The notes beneath the pieces were generated by a model. The model saw nothing but the letters and a program-made list of their open reading frames with translations. It was not told the origin of the DNA and searched no databases. A stretch of 33,834 nt of DNA from a virus (lineage: Duplodnaviria; Caudoviricetes): positions 1-33,834 of the IMG/VR virus record IMGVR_UViG_3300023184_000337. One strand, given 5' to 3'. Positions 1-7,585 of this stretch are shown here, piece after piece (the stretch's first letter is position 1; each line of letters opens with the position of its first letter). Position numbers and translations under genes: made by a program.

Positions 1-2
1 TC

Positions 3-584
3 TACGGTGCTGGTGCTAAGGCTATTGCCAAACAAGCAGGTTGCACTCTAGAAGAAGCCACAAAGTTTGTAGATGTGTTCTATGGTCGTTACAAGTCAGT
101 AGCTAAGTGGCATACAGATTTTGCAAAAATGATTGAAGCTGGAGCAACAAATGATGTAAATGAAGAAGGGTTCAGAGAAAAATTCAGAACCTATGTTCAT
201 CAGACTGAGACAGGCAGAAAGTATTGCTTCTCAGAGTATTACAACGAGAGTAGTTGGTCAACAAGGATGTACACATTCAGTCCTACAGAGTTGAAAAACT
301 ATCCAGTGCAAGGTTTAGCTACTGGAGATATTGTCCCAATGATGTTGGGCATTATTTTTAGACAGCTATTGGGTAGAGGTGATGTGAAGATGGTTAACAC
401 TGTTCACGATTCTCTAATGTTCGATGTCAAGTCTGATTCAGCAGACGCTTTTATTACGGAGATAACAACAATTCTGCAATGTACCCACATGTACTTTGAA
501 GAAACATTTAAGAAACCATTGGCTCTAAAGCTCAATGCAGGAGCATCAATTGGTAAAAATTGGTTTGATATGAAAGAACTTTGA
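3..584 (+). CDS. DNA polymerase family A, C-terminal part (5'-truncated by window)
   Basis: Frame is open from position 3: YGAGAKAIAKQ (end of motif B), KNYPVQG, NTVHDSLMFD (motif C), and a typical C-terminal IGKNW. Confidence 0.95.
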   Translation, partial: YGAGAKAIAKQAGCTLEEATKFVDVFYGRYKSVAKWHTDFAKMIEAGATNDVNEEGFREKFRTYVHQTETGRKYCFSEYYNESSWSTRMYTFSPTELKNYPVQGLATGDIVPMMLGIIFRQLLGRGDVKMVNTVHDSLMFDVKSDSADAFITEITTILQCTHMYFEETFKKPLALKLNAGASIGKNWFDMKEL

Positions 585-585
585 A

Positions 586-1110
586 ATGACAATGCAAACA
601 GGTATCGTAGAAGCAGTTTCTACAAAAGACGTAAGCACTAAGTTTGGTACAAAGCCAACCTTCTCAATGAAGGTCAATGGCACTTGGATTAAATGCGGCT
701 TTAAGAACCCCAACGTTGCAGTTGGTTATGAGGTTGAGTTTGATGGTGTAAGCGGTACTTACGGAGTGGAGACTAAAAGCGTCAACATCCTCCGCAAAGC
801 AGACGCAGCACCTACCCCGTCAGGGGCAACAACAGCAACCGCTGTAGCGGCTCCCAAAGCCGCCTACAGTGGCTACAAAGAGAAGGTATTCCCAATTCCT
901 GCTCTACATGGTGACAGGGCTATTGTTCGTCAGAACGCTTTAGCTCGTGCAACAGACCTCTACATTGCAGCTCGTGGTGGTAAACCCTTTGAGTTGGAAG
1001 CAAGTACCCTGGATCTTGTTATTAATCTTGCTCGTAAGTTTGAAGCTTACACAGCAGGTGATATTGACATGATGGAAGCTATGGAAGAAACACAAGCAAT
1101 ATCAGAGTAA
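586..1110 (+). CDS. Probable single-stranded DNA-binding protein
   Basis: Beta-rich OB-fold-like N-terminus, Ala/Pro/Thr linker and acidic C-terminal tail (DIDMMEAMEETQAISE); lies between polymerase and exonuclease. Confidence 0.55.
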   Translation: MTMQTGIVEAVSTKDVSTKFGTKPTFSMKVNGTWIKCGFKNPNVAVGYEVEFDGVSGTYGVETKSVNILRKADAAPTPSGATTATAVAAPKAAYSGYKEKVFPIPALHGDRAIVRQNALARATDLYIAARGGKPFELEASTLDLVINLARKFEAYTAGDIDMMEAMEETQAISE

Positions 1111-1116
1111 ACCTTT

Positions 1117-1146
1117 GTGGGAGCTGTAAAAAGCTCTCACTTTTTT
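1117..1146 (+). terminator. Intrinsic terminator
   Basis: GTGGGAGCT-gtaaaa-AGCTCTCAC stem followed by TTTTTT, directly after the stop of 586..1110. Confidence 0.8.
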
Positions 1147-1159
1147 GAGAAAGAAACAA

Positions 1160-1351
1160 ATGGAAAACAAACGTAAAGCAGGACGACCTAAAAATTCTGT
1201 AGCTGCAACAACAAAAACATTTAAAGCTGTGGGCCTAGAAAAAGAAGTTTACGAAAAGTTGGATGTTATTAGGAACAGGTACGCAGTTGAGCTAGGTTTT
1301 GTGATGTCCTTCTCACAAACAGTTGCATACCTTACCAGGGATGTTCCATGA
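1160..1351 (+). CDS. Small putative DNA-binding protein
   Basis: ATG at 1160; AT-hook-like KRKAGRPK followed by a ribbon-helix-helix-like pattern. Confidence 0.6.
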   Translation: MENKRKAGRPKNSVAATTKTFKAVGLEKEVYEKLDVIRNRYAVELGFVMSFSQTVAYLTRDVP

Positions 1352-1524
1352 ACAATGTATTAATTCCAAAAGATGTTTTACAAAAAGTTATTCAATACCT
1401 TTGGGTTGACGAACAAGATGATTATGAAGAATGTGTATTTAATGATTGGTCTAAAGAAGATTTAGAAGAACACATTTTTTGTCTTATAAAACAACTGCAA
1501 GATTGTATAAATGATCAAACATAA
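1348..1524 (+). CDS. Hypothetical acidic protein, 58 aa (not in ORF track)
   Basis: ATGA overlap with the upstream stop; MNNVLIPKDVLQKVIQYLWVDEQDDYEECV...; ends at the SD of the next gene. Confidence 0.75.
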   Translation: MNNVLIPKDVLQKVIQYLWVDEQDDYEECVFNDWSKEDLEEHIFCLIKQLQDCINDQT

Positions 1525-1533
1525 AGGAGTTGT

Positions 1534-2226
1534 ATGAGGGCTTTAATTGACGGGGACATTGTTGTTTACCGTGGAGCTGCGTCAGCAGAGAAAGAAGAAC
1601 AATGGGTAGCCCTAGCAAGGGCTGACCAGATGATTCAGGACATTCTTGCAGACACAGGTGCTACTTCTTACAACGTGTATCTCACTGGCAGCGGTAACTT
1701 CCGTAGGGAAATTGCTCCTAGCTACAAAGCCAATCGTCCTGATGAAAGACCTGCACATTGGCAAGCTGTACGTGAGTTCCTAGTAACACACCACAAAGCA
1801 CAAATATGTGATGGGTTTGAAGCAGACGATGAGATGGGTGTGCAGCAAGACAAAGAGACAATGACAACAGTAATTTGTTCCATAGACAAAGATCTGTTGC
1901 AGATCCCAGGTAGACACTACAACTTTGTAAAAAAGTTGCACAGTGTTGTAGACCGTGACCAAGGTCTAAAACACTTGTATTTACAGTGTCTCATAGGTGA
2001 CAGGAGCGACAACATTATTGGTGTAGCTGGCATTGGACCAGTAAAGGCAGAGCAAGCTTTAGCTGAGCTATTGCCTGAAGAGTGGTATGACAAATGCCGT
2101 GAACTCTATAACGATGATGAACGCTTCCATCTCAACATGAAGCTGTTGTACATCTGGCAGAAACCTAACGATATGTGGGAACCTCCCAACAAGGACAACA
2201 ATGATCAACAGATCCATACTGTCTAG
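1534..2226 (+). CDS. 5'-3' exonuclease / RNase H (T7 gp6 / FEN-like)
   Basis: LIDGD, NFR...YKANR, EADD, SIDKDL and GDRSDNIIGVAGIG (H3TH) motifs; SD AAGGAG. Confidence 0.95.
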   Translation: MRALIDGDIVVYRGAASAEKEEQWVALARADQMIQDILADTGATSYNVYLTGSGNFRREIAPSYKANRPDERPAHWQAVREFLVTHHKAQICDGFEADDEMGVQQDKETMTTVICSIDKDLLQIPGRHYNFVKKLHSVVDRDQGLKHLYLQCLIGDRSDNIIGVAGIGPVKAEQALAELLPEEWYDKCRELYNDDERFHLNMKLLYIWQKPNDMWEPPNKDNNDQQIHTV

Positions 2227-2341
2227 ACTCCCCCAACGCTTTGCACATTGGTTGTGTGCAGGTGAAGATCCATTTACCCTAAACAGTGAGCAGCTACTTT
2301 GGTTTGCTGCATTTGTAAAACAAGCAGAGGAAACAGAATGA
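2201..2341 (+). CDS. Hypothetical protein, 46 aa (not in ORF track)
   Basis: SD-like AAGGA then ATG 2201; MINRSILSRLPQRFAHWLCAGEDPF...; its TGA overlaps the next ATG. Confidence 0.55.
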   Translation: MINRSILSRLPQRFAHWLCAGEDPFTLNSEQLLWFAAFVKQAEETE

Positions 2342-2526
2342 AGAACCCAGACACTTTTATTGACAACGCAAAACAAGCATCAGAAATTATGTACAGAGAA
2401 GGCAAAGCAGAAGACCGCTTAGCTTTCAGGATAGGTATGTTAGAGGCATACATCAAAGGACTTTGTGACATCATCAACGAATACGAACAAGAGATAGATA
2501 AAGCAGCACAAAGGTTTATTGGTTGA
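2338..2526 (+). CDS. Hypothetical protein
   Basis: SD GAGGA and ATG 2338 (MKNPDTF...); stop overlaps the next start. Confidence 0.7.
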   Translation: MKNPDTFIDNAKQASEIMYREGKAEDRLAFRIGMLEAYIKGLCDIINEYEQEIDKAAQRFIG

Positions 2527-2927
2527 TGCCTAGACCTAAACGACACAACCCTGCGGGGTATCGCAGTGGCTTAGAGACTAGGTTTCAAGCTGCTTGCGAA
2601 GCAAAAGGATGGAAGCTTGGTTACGAACAGGACAAGATCAAGTACGTAATACCAGCAAGCAACCACACCTACACACCAGACTTCACTGTTACTAAGAACG
2701 TCTACATAGAAACCAAAGGTTTATGGACAGGAGCTGACAGAAAGAAGTCTGCACTTATTAAACAGCAGCATCCAGACATCACTATTCTTTACGTGTTGCA
2801 ACGCAACCAAGGCATAACCAAGAAGAGTAAGACCACTTACCTAGACTGGGCAGCTAAGAATGGATTAGATGCTTGTGTGTTTTCTAACACAGAATATTGG
2901 CAGGACTACATCATGAGGCATTTATGA
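2526..2927 (+). CDS. Endonuclease I / Holliday junction resolvase (T7 gp3-like)
   Basis: YRSGLE...YTPDF...IETKG...DRKK...QHPD motifs. Confidence 0.93.
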   Translation: MPRPKRHNPAGYRSGLETRFQAACEAKGWKLGYEQDKIKYVIPASNHTYTPDFTVTKNVYIETKGLWTGADRKKSALIKQQHPDITILYVLQRNQGITKKSKTTYLDWAAKNGLDACVFSNTEYWQDYIMRHL

Positions 2928-3112
2928 TTGAATTATCTTTATTGGAAGTTGTATTGTTGTTAGCTAACGGAGTTCTTCTGTACTTGTACTTCAAAGCTAA
3001 TGATGAAATTAGAACCCACAAGATGGCTGTGGCAGCAATGTTGTACGGCATACATTCAGGAAGATTAAAAATTACAGATCAAGGAAACTTTTTTAAAGTG
3101 GAATCAACATGA
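2924..3112 (+). CDS. Small membrane protein
   Basis: ATGA overlap; N-terminal hydrophobic helix LLEVVLLLANGVLLYLYF. Confidence 0.65.
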   Translation: MIELSLLEVVLLLANGVLLYLYFKANDEIRTHKMAVAAMLYGIHSGRLKITDQGNFFKVEST

Positions 3113-3351
3113 AAATATCCCAAGAAGCAAACGAACGCAATCTTAAACAGATTAACGCTATGCAAGAACGTTGGAAAGAAATATCAGCAGCACTAGCTAA
3201 ACCAGCACCTGCACCAACTAACCACAGCAACGGTACATACAAAACTGGAGACGGAGAAACAACTCAACCAGTACGCCCTGGTAGCCAAGACCATAAAAAG
3301 TGGCCCTCAAAAGGGTTGTTATCAGACGTTCCTAATAACAAGGAAATATAA
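3109..3351 (+). CDS. Hypothetical protein
   Basis: ATGA overlap; C-terminal RPGSQDHKKWPSKG resembles a motif I recall from small phage proteins. Confidence 0.7.
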   Translation: MKISQEANERNLKQINAMQERWKEISAALAKPAPAPTNHSNGTYKTGDGETTQPVRPGSQDHKKWPSKGLLSDVPNNKEI

Positions 3352-3516
3352 ATGCCAAGACCAAAGAGTGAGCTAACAGGTGATAGCAAACACATAGGTG
3401 CTCGGTTAACTAAGTCACATTTTGAAGAATGGAAACAACTTGGTGGAGCACAATGGTTACGTAAAACGCTTGCACAAAGCATCAAAGATAGAGTAAAAAC
3501 TAATACAAAAGATTAG
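3352..3516 (+). CDS. Small putative DNA-binding protein, 54 aa (not in ORF track)
   Basis: SD AAGGA; MPRPKSELTGDSKHIGARLTKSHFEEWKQLGGAQWLRKTL, ribbon-helix-helix-like with LGGxxWLR. Confidence 0.75.
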   Translation: MPRPKSELTGDSKHIGARLTKSHFEEWKQLGGAQWLRKTLAQSIKDRVKTNTKD

Positions 3517-3519
3517 ATT

Positions 3520-3547
3520 TTGATTTGTCATAGATTTGGGTTAGAGT
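3520..3547 (+). promoter_or_regulatory. Possible promoter for the acidic protein
   Basis: -10-like TAGAGT (3542-3547) with TTGATT 16 nt upstream and TTGTCAT ending 10 nt upstream. Confidence 0.35.
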
Positions 3548-3587
3548 TTGTTTGCGGGATGTTCCGCATCTAATTTTGGAGTACATC

Positions 3588-3866
3588 ATGTATAAAGTTG
3601 TTATTGACATTGGCGATTGGTCTTGGGACGAAGATCAAACTGTGACTATCGAAACAAGTGATTTTGATAAAGCTCAGATCATTCAAGAATTTATTGCGTT
3701 TCAACAAGACAATGGTTGGTCTGTTGATTACGAAGCAGTTGAATACGATGAAGAAGAAGTCGAAGAAGAAGAAATAGAAGACGAAGTAGAAGATGAATTA
3801 GCTGACTACGTTGTAGGCGACATCGTTGAAGATGACGATGGTCTTGTATGGGAATTGGTGGGCTGA
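3588..3866 (+). CDS. Highly acidic small protein, 92 aa
   Basis: SD GGAG, ATG 3588; by manual count 34 D/E versus 2 K and 0 R. Confidence 0.85.
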   Translation: MYKVVIDIGDWSWDEDQTVTIETSDFDKAQIIQEFIAFQQDNGWSVDYEAVEYDEEEVEEEEIEDEVEDELADYVVGDIVEDDDGLVWELVG

Positions 3867-3890
3867 TATACTACCCATGCAGTTGCCTGT

Positions 3891-3916
3891 AGGGAGTCTT
3901 CGGACTCCCTTTTTTT
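3891..3916 (+). terminator. Intrinsic terminator with cUUCGg tetraloop
   Basis: AGGGAGTC-TTCG-GACTCCCT followed by a T-run, at the convergence point of the two arms. Confidence 0.93.
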
Positions 3917-3949
3917 ATCCGCTATTCGCAAATAGCAAACAAGTCTAAA

Positions 3950-4903
3950 TTAGACATTGTGTATCTTGCCTCTAAACTCAATCTGACCATCTGCCCAAGT
4001 ATGAACCAATTCAGGCCACAATAAATTACCGTCATGGAATGTCAGAATAGCAAATCCTGATCGCCAGTTGGTTGGCGATAGTTCTAAGTAATTCTCAAAC
4101 TGTGGTCCTGTGGGTTCAGCTAAAGTGCCTGTGTCCACGCCAAACCTTGTACCACGATAATCATCAAAGGGGGTTACCTTGAGACTGTGTAGATGCCCAG
4201 TACAAATATTTACCCCGCTATTTACAGTATTGTTGTGGGTAGCGTGTACACCGCCTTTCCAGCGGTGTTTAACAATAGTATTCTCCGTAGGCCAACAAGC
4301 CCAACATGGATGCCAAGCAGGAAAATGATCTTTGAGGCTAAACCCTTTGACAAACTCATACTGAGGAGCGTTAGCAGCTAAACGATTCTCAAACCTAGCA
4401 TCGTGATTACCCAAGGTCCAGATTAACTGAGCATTGTGTCTAACGTTCTTAGTAACATCTTCTATCTCACCCATTGCTATCTCACAAGCTTTAAGTTCTT
4501 GGATTACAGATGGTGTGGAATCCCAACCAATTCTTGGATAGCGAGAAATACTAGCGCCATCAAAAATATCGCCATTGGCAATAATTGCATTGGGTCTAAA
4601 TTCTTTAATAGCCCATAAAAGTCCTTTAAATGCCGTAGTATGTATACCAGGCCAAAAATGAGCATCACTAAAAACAATAACAGTGCCATTTAATATTCCT
4701 AAATCTTTACGGGCTGCGCTAGGTTTTGTAGAAACATTTAGTTTAGGCGCACGAGCTTCTAACGATTGCCCATATTTAACTTCTAAACTGCGTCTGCGTT
4801 TGAGCACTGACCGCACATTCATATTGCCAGCTTTTGCTACCTCAGCAGCATAACCATTATTGTTTTTCCAAAGTTCAATAAACTCTTGGTCAGTTAACTT
4901 CAT
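3950..4903 (-). CDS. Calcineurin-like metallophosphoesterase with N-terminal HTH-like region
   Basis: SDAH, NGDIFD, GNHD, H and GHLH motifs in canonical order. Confidence 0.9.
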   Translation of the reverse strand: MKLTDQEFIELWKNNNGYAAEVAKAGNMNVRSVLKRRRSLEVKYGQSLEARAPKLNVSTKPSAARKDLGILNGTVIVFSDAHFWPGIHTTAFKGLLWAIKEFRPNAIIANGDIFDGASISRYPRIGWDSTPSVIQELKACEIAMGEIEDVTKNVRHNAQLIWTLGNHDARFENRLAANAPQYEFVKGFSLKDHFPAWHPCWACWPTENTIVKHRWKGGVHATHNNTVNSGVNICTGHLHSLKVTPFDDYRGTRFGVDTGTLAEPTGPQFENYLELSPTNWRSGFAILTFHDGNLLWPELVHTWADGQIEFRGKIHNV

Positions 4904-4955
4904 ATATGCGCCTTTAAAGTTTATGTATTAACACATATATGTGTGACAATTTAAT

Positions 4956-5384
4956 TTAAGAATACGCTCTAGTGCCTTGTTTATCAATGATTAATGCCAT
5001 TTTACGTGGTTTAGCATCTACATTGTTGGGAATAGAAACATGAGTCCAACGATCAAACTCACGTATCACTTGGTCATAAGACAAATCAGATTTCATAATG
5101 GCAGTAACTACTTCATCAGGAGTCATTTCAGGCACACGAATATCCGCAGCACAACCTTTTCTGTGTTGGCTTGTATCTTTAGAACCAACCGCAGCGTTGA
5201 CTTGTTCAGACCTAAAAGCTGAGTTCACTATGATTGTTTTATTACCTAAGAGTTTCTTTATTTCTTCCAAAAATAAAGCTAGACGTTTCAGATTTGCTAA
5301 CTCTTGTTCATTGGGAGTATTGTCAAACTCACGGTGATCTGTAAACGTCAATTCTTCAAGAGTAAAGTGAGGTGATAAGTTCAT
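4956..5384 (-). CDS. Endolysin, peptidase M15A family
   Basis: LSPHFTLEE, SAFRS..VNAAVG...SQH..G.AAD, WTHVS zinc-binding motifs. Confidence 0.92.
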   Translation of the reverse strand: MNLSPHFTLEELTFTDHREFDNTPNEQELANLKRLALFLEEIKKLLGNKTIIVNSAFRSEQVNAAVGSKDTSQHRKGCAADIRVPEMTPDEVVTAIMKSDLSYDQVIREFDRWTHVSIPNNVDAKPRKMALIIDKQGTRAYS

Positions 5385-5878
5385 GGTGTAGGACTTGATT
5401 GGTGGAGGAGTTCGTCTTTTTTCTGGCTACCAGCAGATGAACCAAAGTAAAAAGCAATAATGCCCGTCCATGCCGTACCAAGTGACCCAAGCATTAACAT
5501 CAGTGCATCAGATGTTTTAAAGTGCTCAGTCATTAAACCAACAAGAATGCCAAAAAATCCAATAGTGACAGCGATAGCCATTAAACCAGGTATAAACGAC
5601 TGCGTAGTAGCTTGCATTTGTCTAGCAGACTTGCGGTCATCAACAGCGATCTTTTCAAAGTCCAGACCCATTTCTTGTGCTCTAGCTGCCATAGCTAATT
5701 CAGCGGTCTTAATCTGAGCTATCTGGTCAGCAGTTAACTTACCTTCAGCAATGGTCTTAGTAACATCTTTGGGGTCAATGCCAATAGCTTTAGATACTGC
5801 TTCAACAGCAAGTCCAGCTAAAGGACCACCCAATGCTGTAGCAATAGTAGGTGCAACTTGTTTAAGCCAATCCATCAT
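5381..5878 (-). CDS. Holin-like membrane protein
   Basis: APTIATALGGPLAG N-terminus, DRKSAR, two C-terminal TM helices ending FYFGSS; adjacent to the endolysin. Confidence 0.75.
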   Translation of the reverse strand: MMDWLKQVAPTIATALGGPLAGLAVEAVSKAIGIDPKDVTKTIAEGKLTADQIAQIKTAELAMAARAQEMGLDFEKIAVDDRKSARQMQATTQSFIPGLMAIAVTIGFFGILVGLMTEHFKTSDALMLMLGSLGTAWTGIIAFYFGSSAGSQKKDELLHQSSPTP

Positions 5879-6033
5879 TTTTCCTTTGCTTCATTAATTA
5901 ACTTTTGAATCTGTTTTTGTTGATGCTGTGTCTCATGTTTTGTTTCAAGAATGTCTATGTACATCATCCCCATCAAAGGCAGTATGACAACAAAAACAAA
6001 ACACATCACAACTAATCCAATCAAAAACCCCAT
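5875..6033 (-). CDS. Small single-TM protein in the lysis region, 52 aa
   Basis: MGFLIGLVVMCFVFVVILPLMGMMY followed by a short coiled coil; overlaps both neighbours. Confidence 0.6.
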   Translation of the reverse strand: MGFLIGLVVMCFVFVVILPLMGMMYIDILETKHETQHQQKQIQKLINEAKEK

Positions 6034-6566
6034 CGAACTTTCCTGTCCAGAACTATTAGATACGCCATTAGATACAGGTACAGAATAACCACCGTAGTCG
6101 CTATTAGATACAGAGCCTTGTCTTGCAGTGCGCTTATCATCTGCTTTCGTTGCCATTGTTTAAGTCTTTCACGCTGCTGTTGCTCTGCTTCTTGTTGTAC
6201 TTGTTCTTCTTGAATTACCTTTCGCATTTCTATAAAATCTGTATATATTGCACCCAACTCAGGTGGGCTTTGATATATCAGCGTTTCTCTTAACTCAACC
6301 TCCATCTGCGCCATTCTTCTTTGCGCTAAAACCCTGTCTAACGCCTGTTGATTTAATGACGCAGTTTTAGGTTTCTTTTCTTCTTCTTTGACAACCTTGG
6401 TTAAGGTTTCTTGTGCAGTAAAGAATTTACCCAAGTGACCACTGATGTCTTGAATGACATCAACGACCTCAGCACCCGTGGCTTTGTATTCTTTATAAAG
6501 AGCACAACCTTGTTTGATGTATCCGACAGCCGTGCTTGCCATTGCAATAAGAGTGAGTGGATCAAT
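6021..6566 (-). CDS. Coiled-coil protein with C-terminal TM helix (probable ATT start)
   Basis: ORF track 6021..6542; in-frame extension ATT-GAT-CCA (M-D-P-L-T-L-I-A-M) lies 6 nt after SD AAGGAG. Confidence 0.75.
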   Translation of the reverse strand: MDPLTLIAMASTAVGYIKQGCALYKEYKATGAEVVDVIQDISGHLGKFFTAQETLTKVVKEEEKKPKTASLNQQALDRVLAQRRMAQMEVELRETLIYQSPPELGAIYTDFIEMRKVIQEEQVQQEAEQQQRERLKQWQRKQMISALQDKALYLIATTVVILYLYLMAYLIVLDRKVRWGF

Positions 6567-6569
6567 TTT

Positions 6570-6854
6570 TTACTCCTTGTAAAACCAGTCATTGTATTTA
6601 GAAATTATTAACGCATCAAACTCTTCTTGAGTCATGTTATTAGTAACTTCAACACTACTAACAATTTGTTTGACATCACGTTCTAGCAGCTCGGAAGCTT
6701 TGAATGTGTTAATAACATCTTTATTAGCTACACCATCACCAGGTACAACTTTGTGTCCATACCCAACAATAAGGTTGCCATTACCATCATGGTAAGGCTT
6801 TGCCCTAAACCCTTTAGAACGGATAACAGTAAGTGCTTGATGAGATATGTTCAT
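6570..6854 (-). CDS. Truncated, probably inactive GH24 lysozyme-like protein
   Basis: MNIS...GFRAKPYHD....IVGYGH...ASELLERD...TQEEFDAL....YN matches the N-terminal half of phage lysozymes; catalytic E and T appear substituted. Confidence 0.75.
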   Translation of the reverse strand: MNISHQALTVIRSKGFRAKPYHDGNGNLIVGYGHKVVPGDGVANKDVINTFKASELLERDVKQIVSSVEVTNNMTQEEFDALIISKYNDWFYKE

Positions 6855-7585
6855 AGTGGTGTTATAGAAATAGCAACAGAAGGAGATAACGGATGTGCTG
6901 GACTTGTTCCTGCTGCGTAAGTAATTAAAGAAGAGTTGCCCGAATCAGTTGTCCAATAAATCTCAAAATAATCATTGGCACTAAACGTAAGCAACTGGTT
7001 CCAACCAAAGACTAATGCTCCATGAGTAGAACCATGTTTACCTAGGATAGCAGATGTACCAGCAGAGTCTGTTACATCTGTACCATTAATCCTAAACCAA
7101 ACAGTTATGTTGTCAGCAGAAACATCAGGGTTATTTCCCTGAATACTAAACTGGACGTTGTAGTTACCAGCTTTACTAATAACAACACGAGATGTAGGAG
7201 TGCCTAAAGCAATACCAGTGCTGTAGTCAGTCGTATTAAATGTTATAGCTGTAGGAGTAGCCGCAGCAGCAGTCTGCGTTGTAGTGTCATGGAAACTACC
7301 ATAGTTTCTAGCAGACCAACTAGGAACACCAGCACTAGTCATCTGCAAGAACGATGTGACTGTAGGAGCAGGTAACCTAGTTAACAGATTGCTAGAAGGA
7401 CTGTAAAGAATGTCACCAACGTTGTAGTTAGTTATACCAGTGCCACCATAGATAGCCTGAATAGGCACATCTAAAGTAGAAGCAGTACCAAAAGCTCGGT
7501 TGCTAAGCTTCTGAAACCAATCTCTCCAAACAAAACTTTCTTCTATTTTGTCTTGGGGTATAGGAAAACTTACTTTAGTTGCCAT
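6851..7585 (-). CDS. Tail/needle or fibre-like virion protein
   Basis: PIP...WRDWF N-terminus, GGTG..Y..GDILY fibre motif, C1q/jelly-roll-like C-terminus (GNYNVQFSIQ, NDYFEIYW). Confidence 0.7.
   Translation of the reverse strand: MATKVSFPIPQDKIEESFVWRDWFQKLSNRAFGTASTLDVPIQAIYGGTGITNYNVGDILYSPSSNLLTRLPAPTVTSFLQMTSAGVPSWSARNYGSFHDTTTQTAAAATPTAITFNTTDYSTGIALGTPTSRVVISKAGNYNVQFSIQGNNPDVSADNITVWFRINGTDVTDSAGTSAILGKHGSTHGALVFGWNQLLTFSANDYFEIYWTTDSGNSSLITYAAGTSPAHPLSPSVAISITPL

Noticed and set aside
6034-6156. Longer 93-aa version of the small TM gene
   Set aside because: The extension lies inside the upstream CDS; the start at 6033 gives a compact TM protein, although the true start is unproven.
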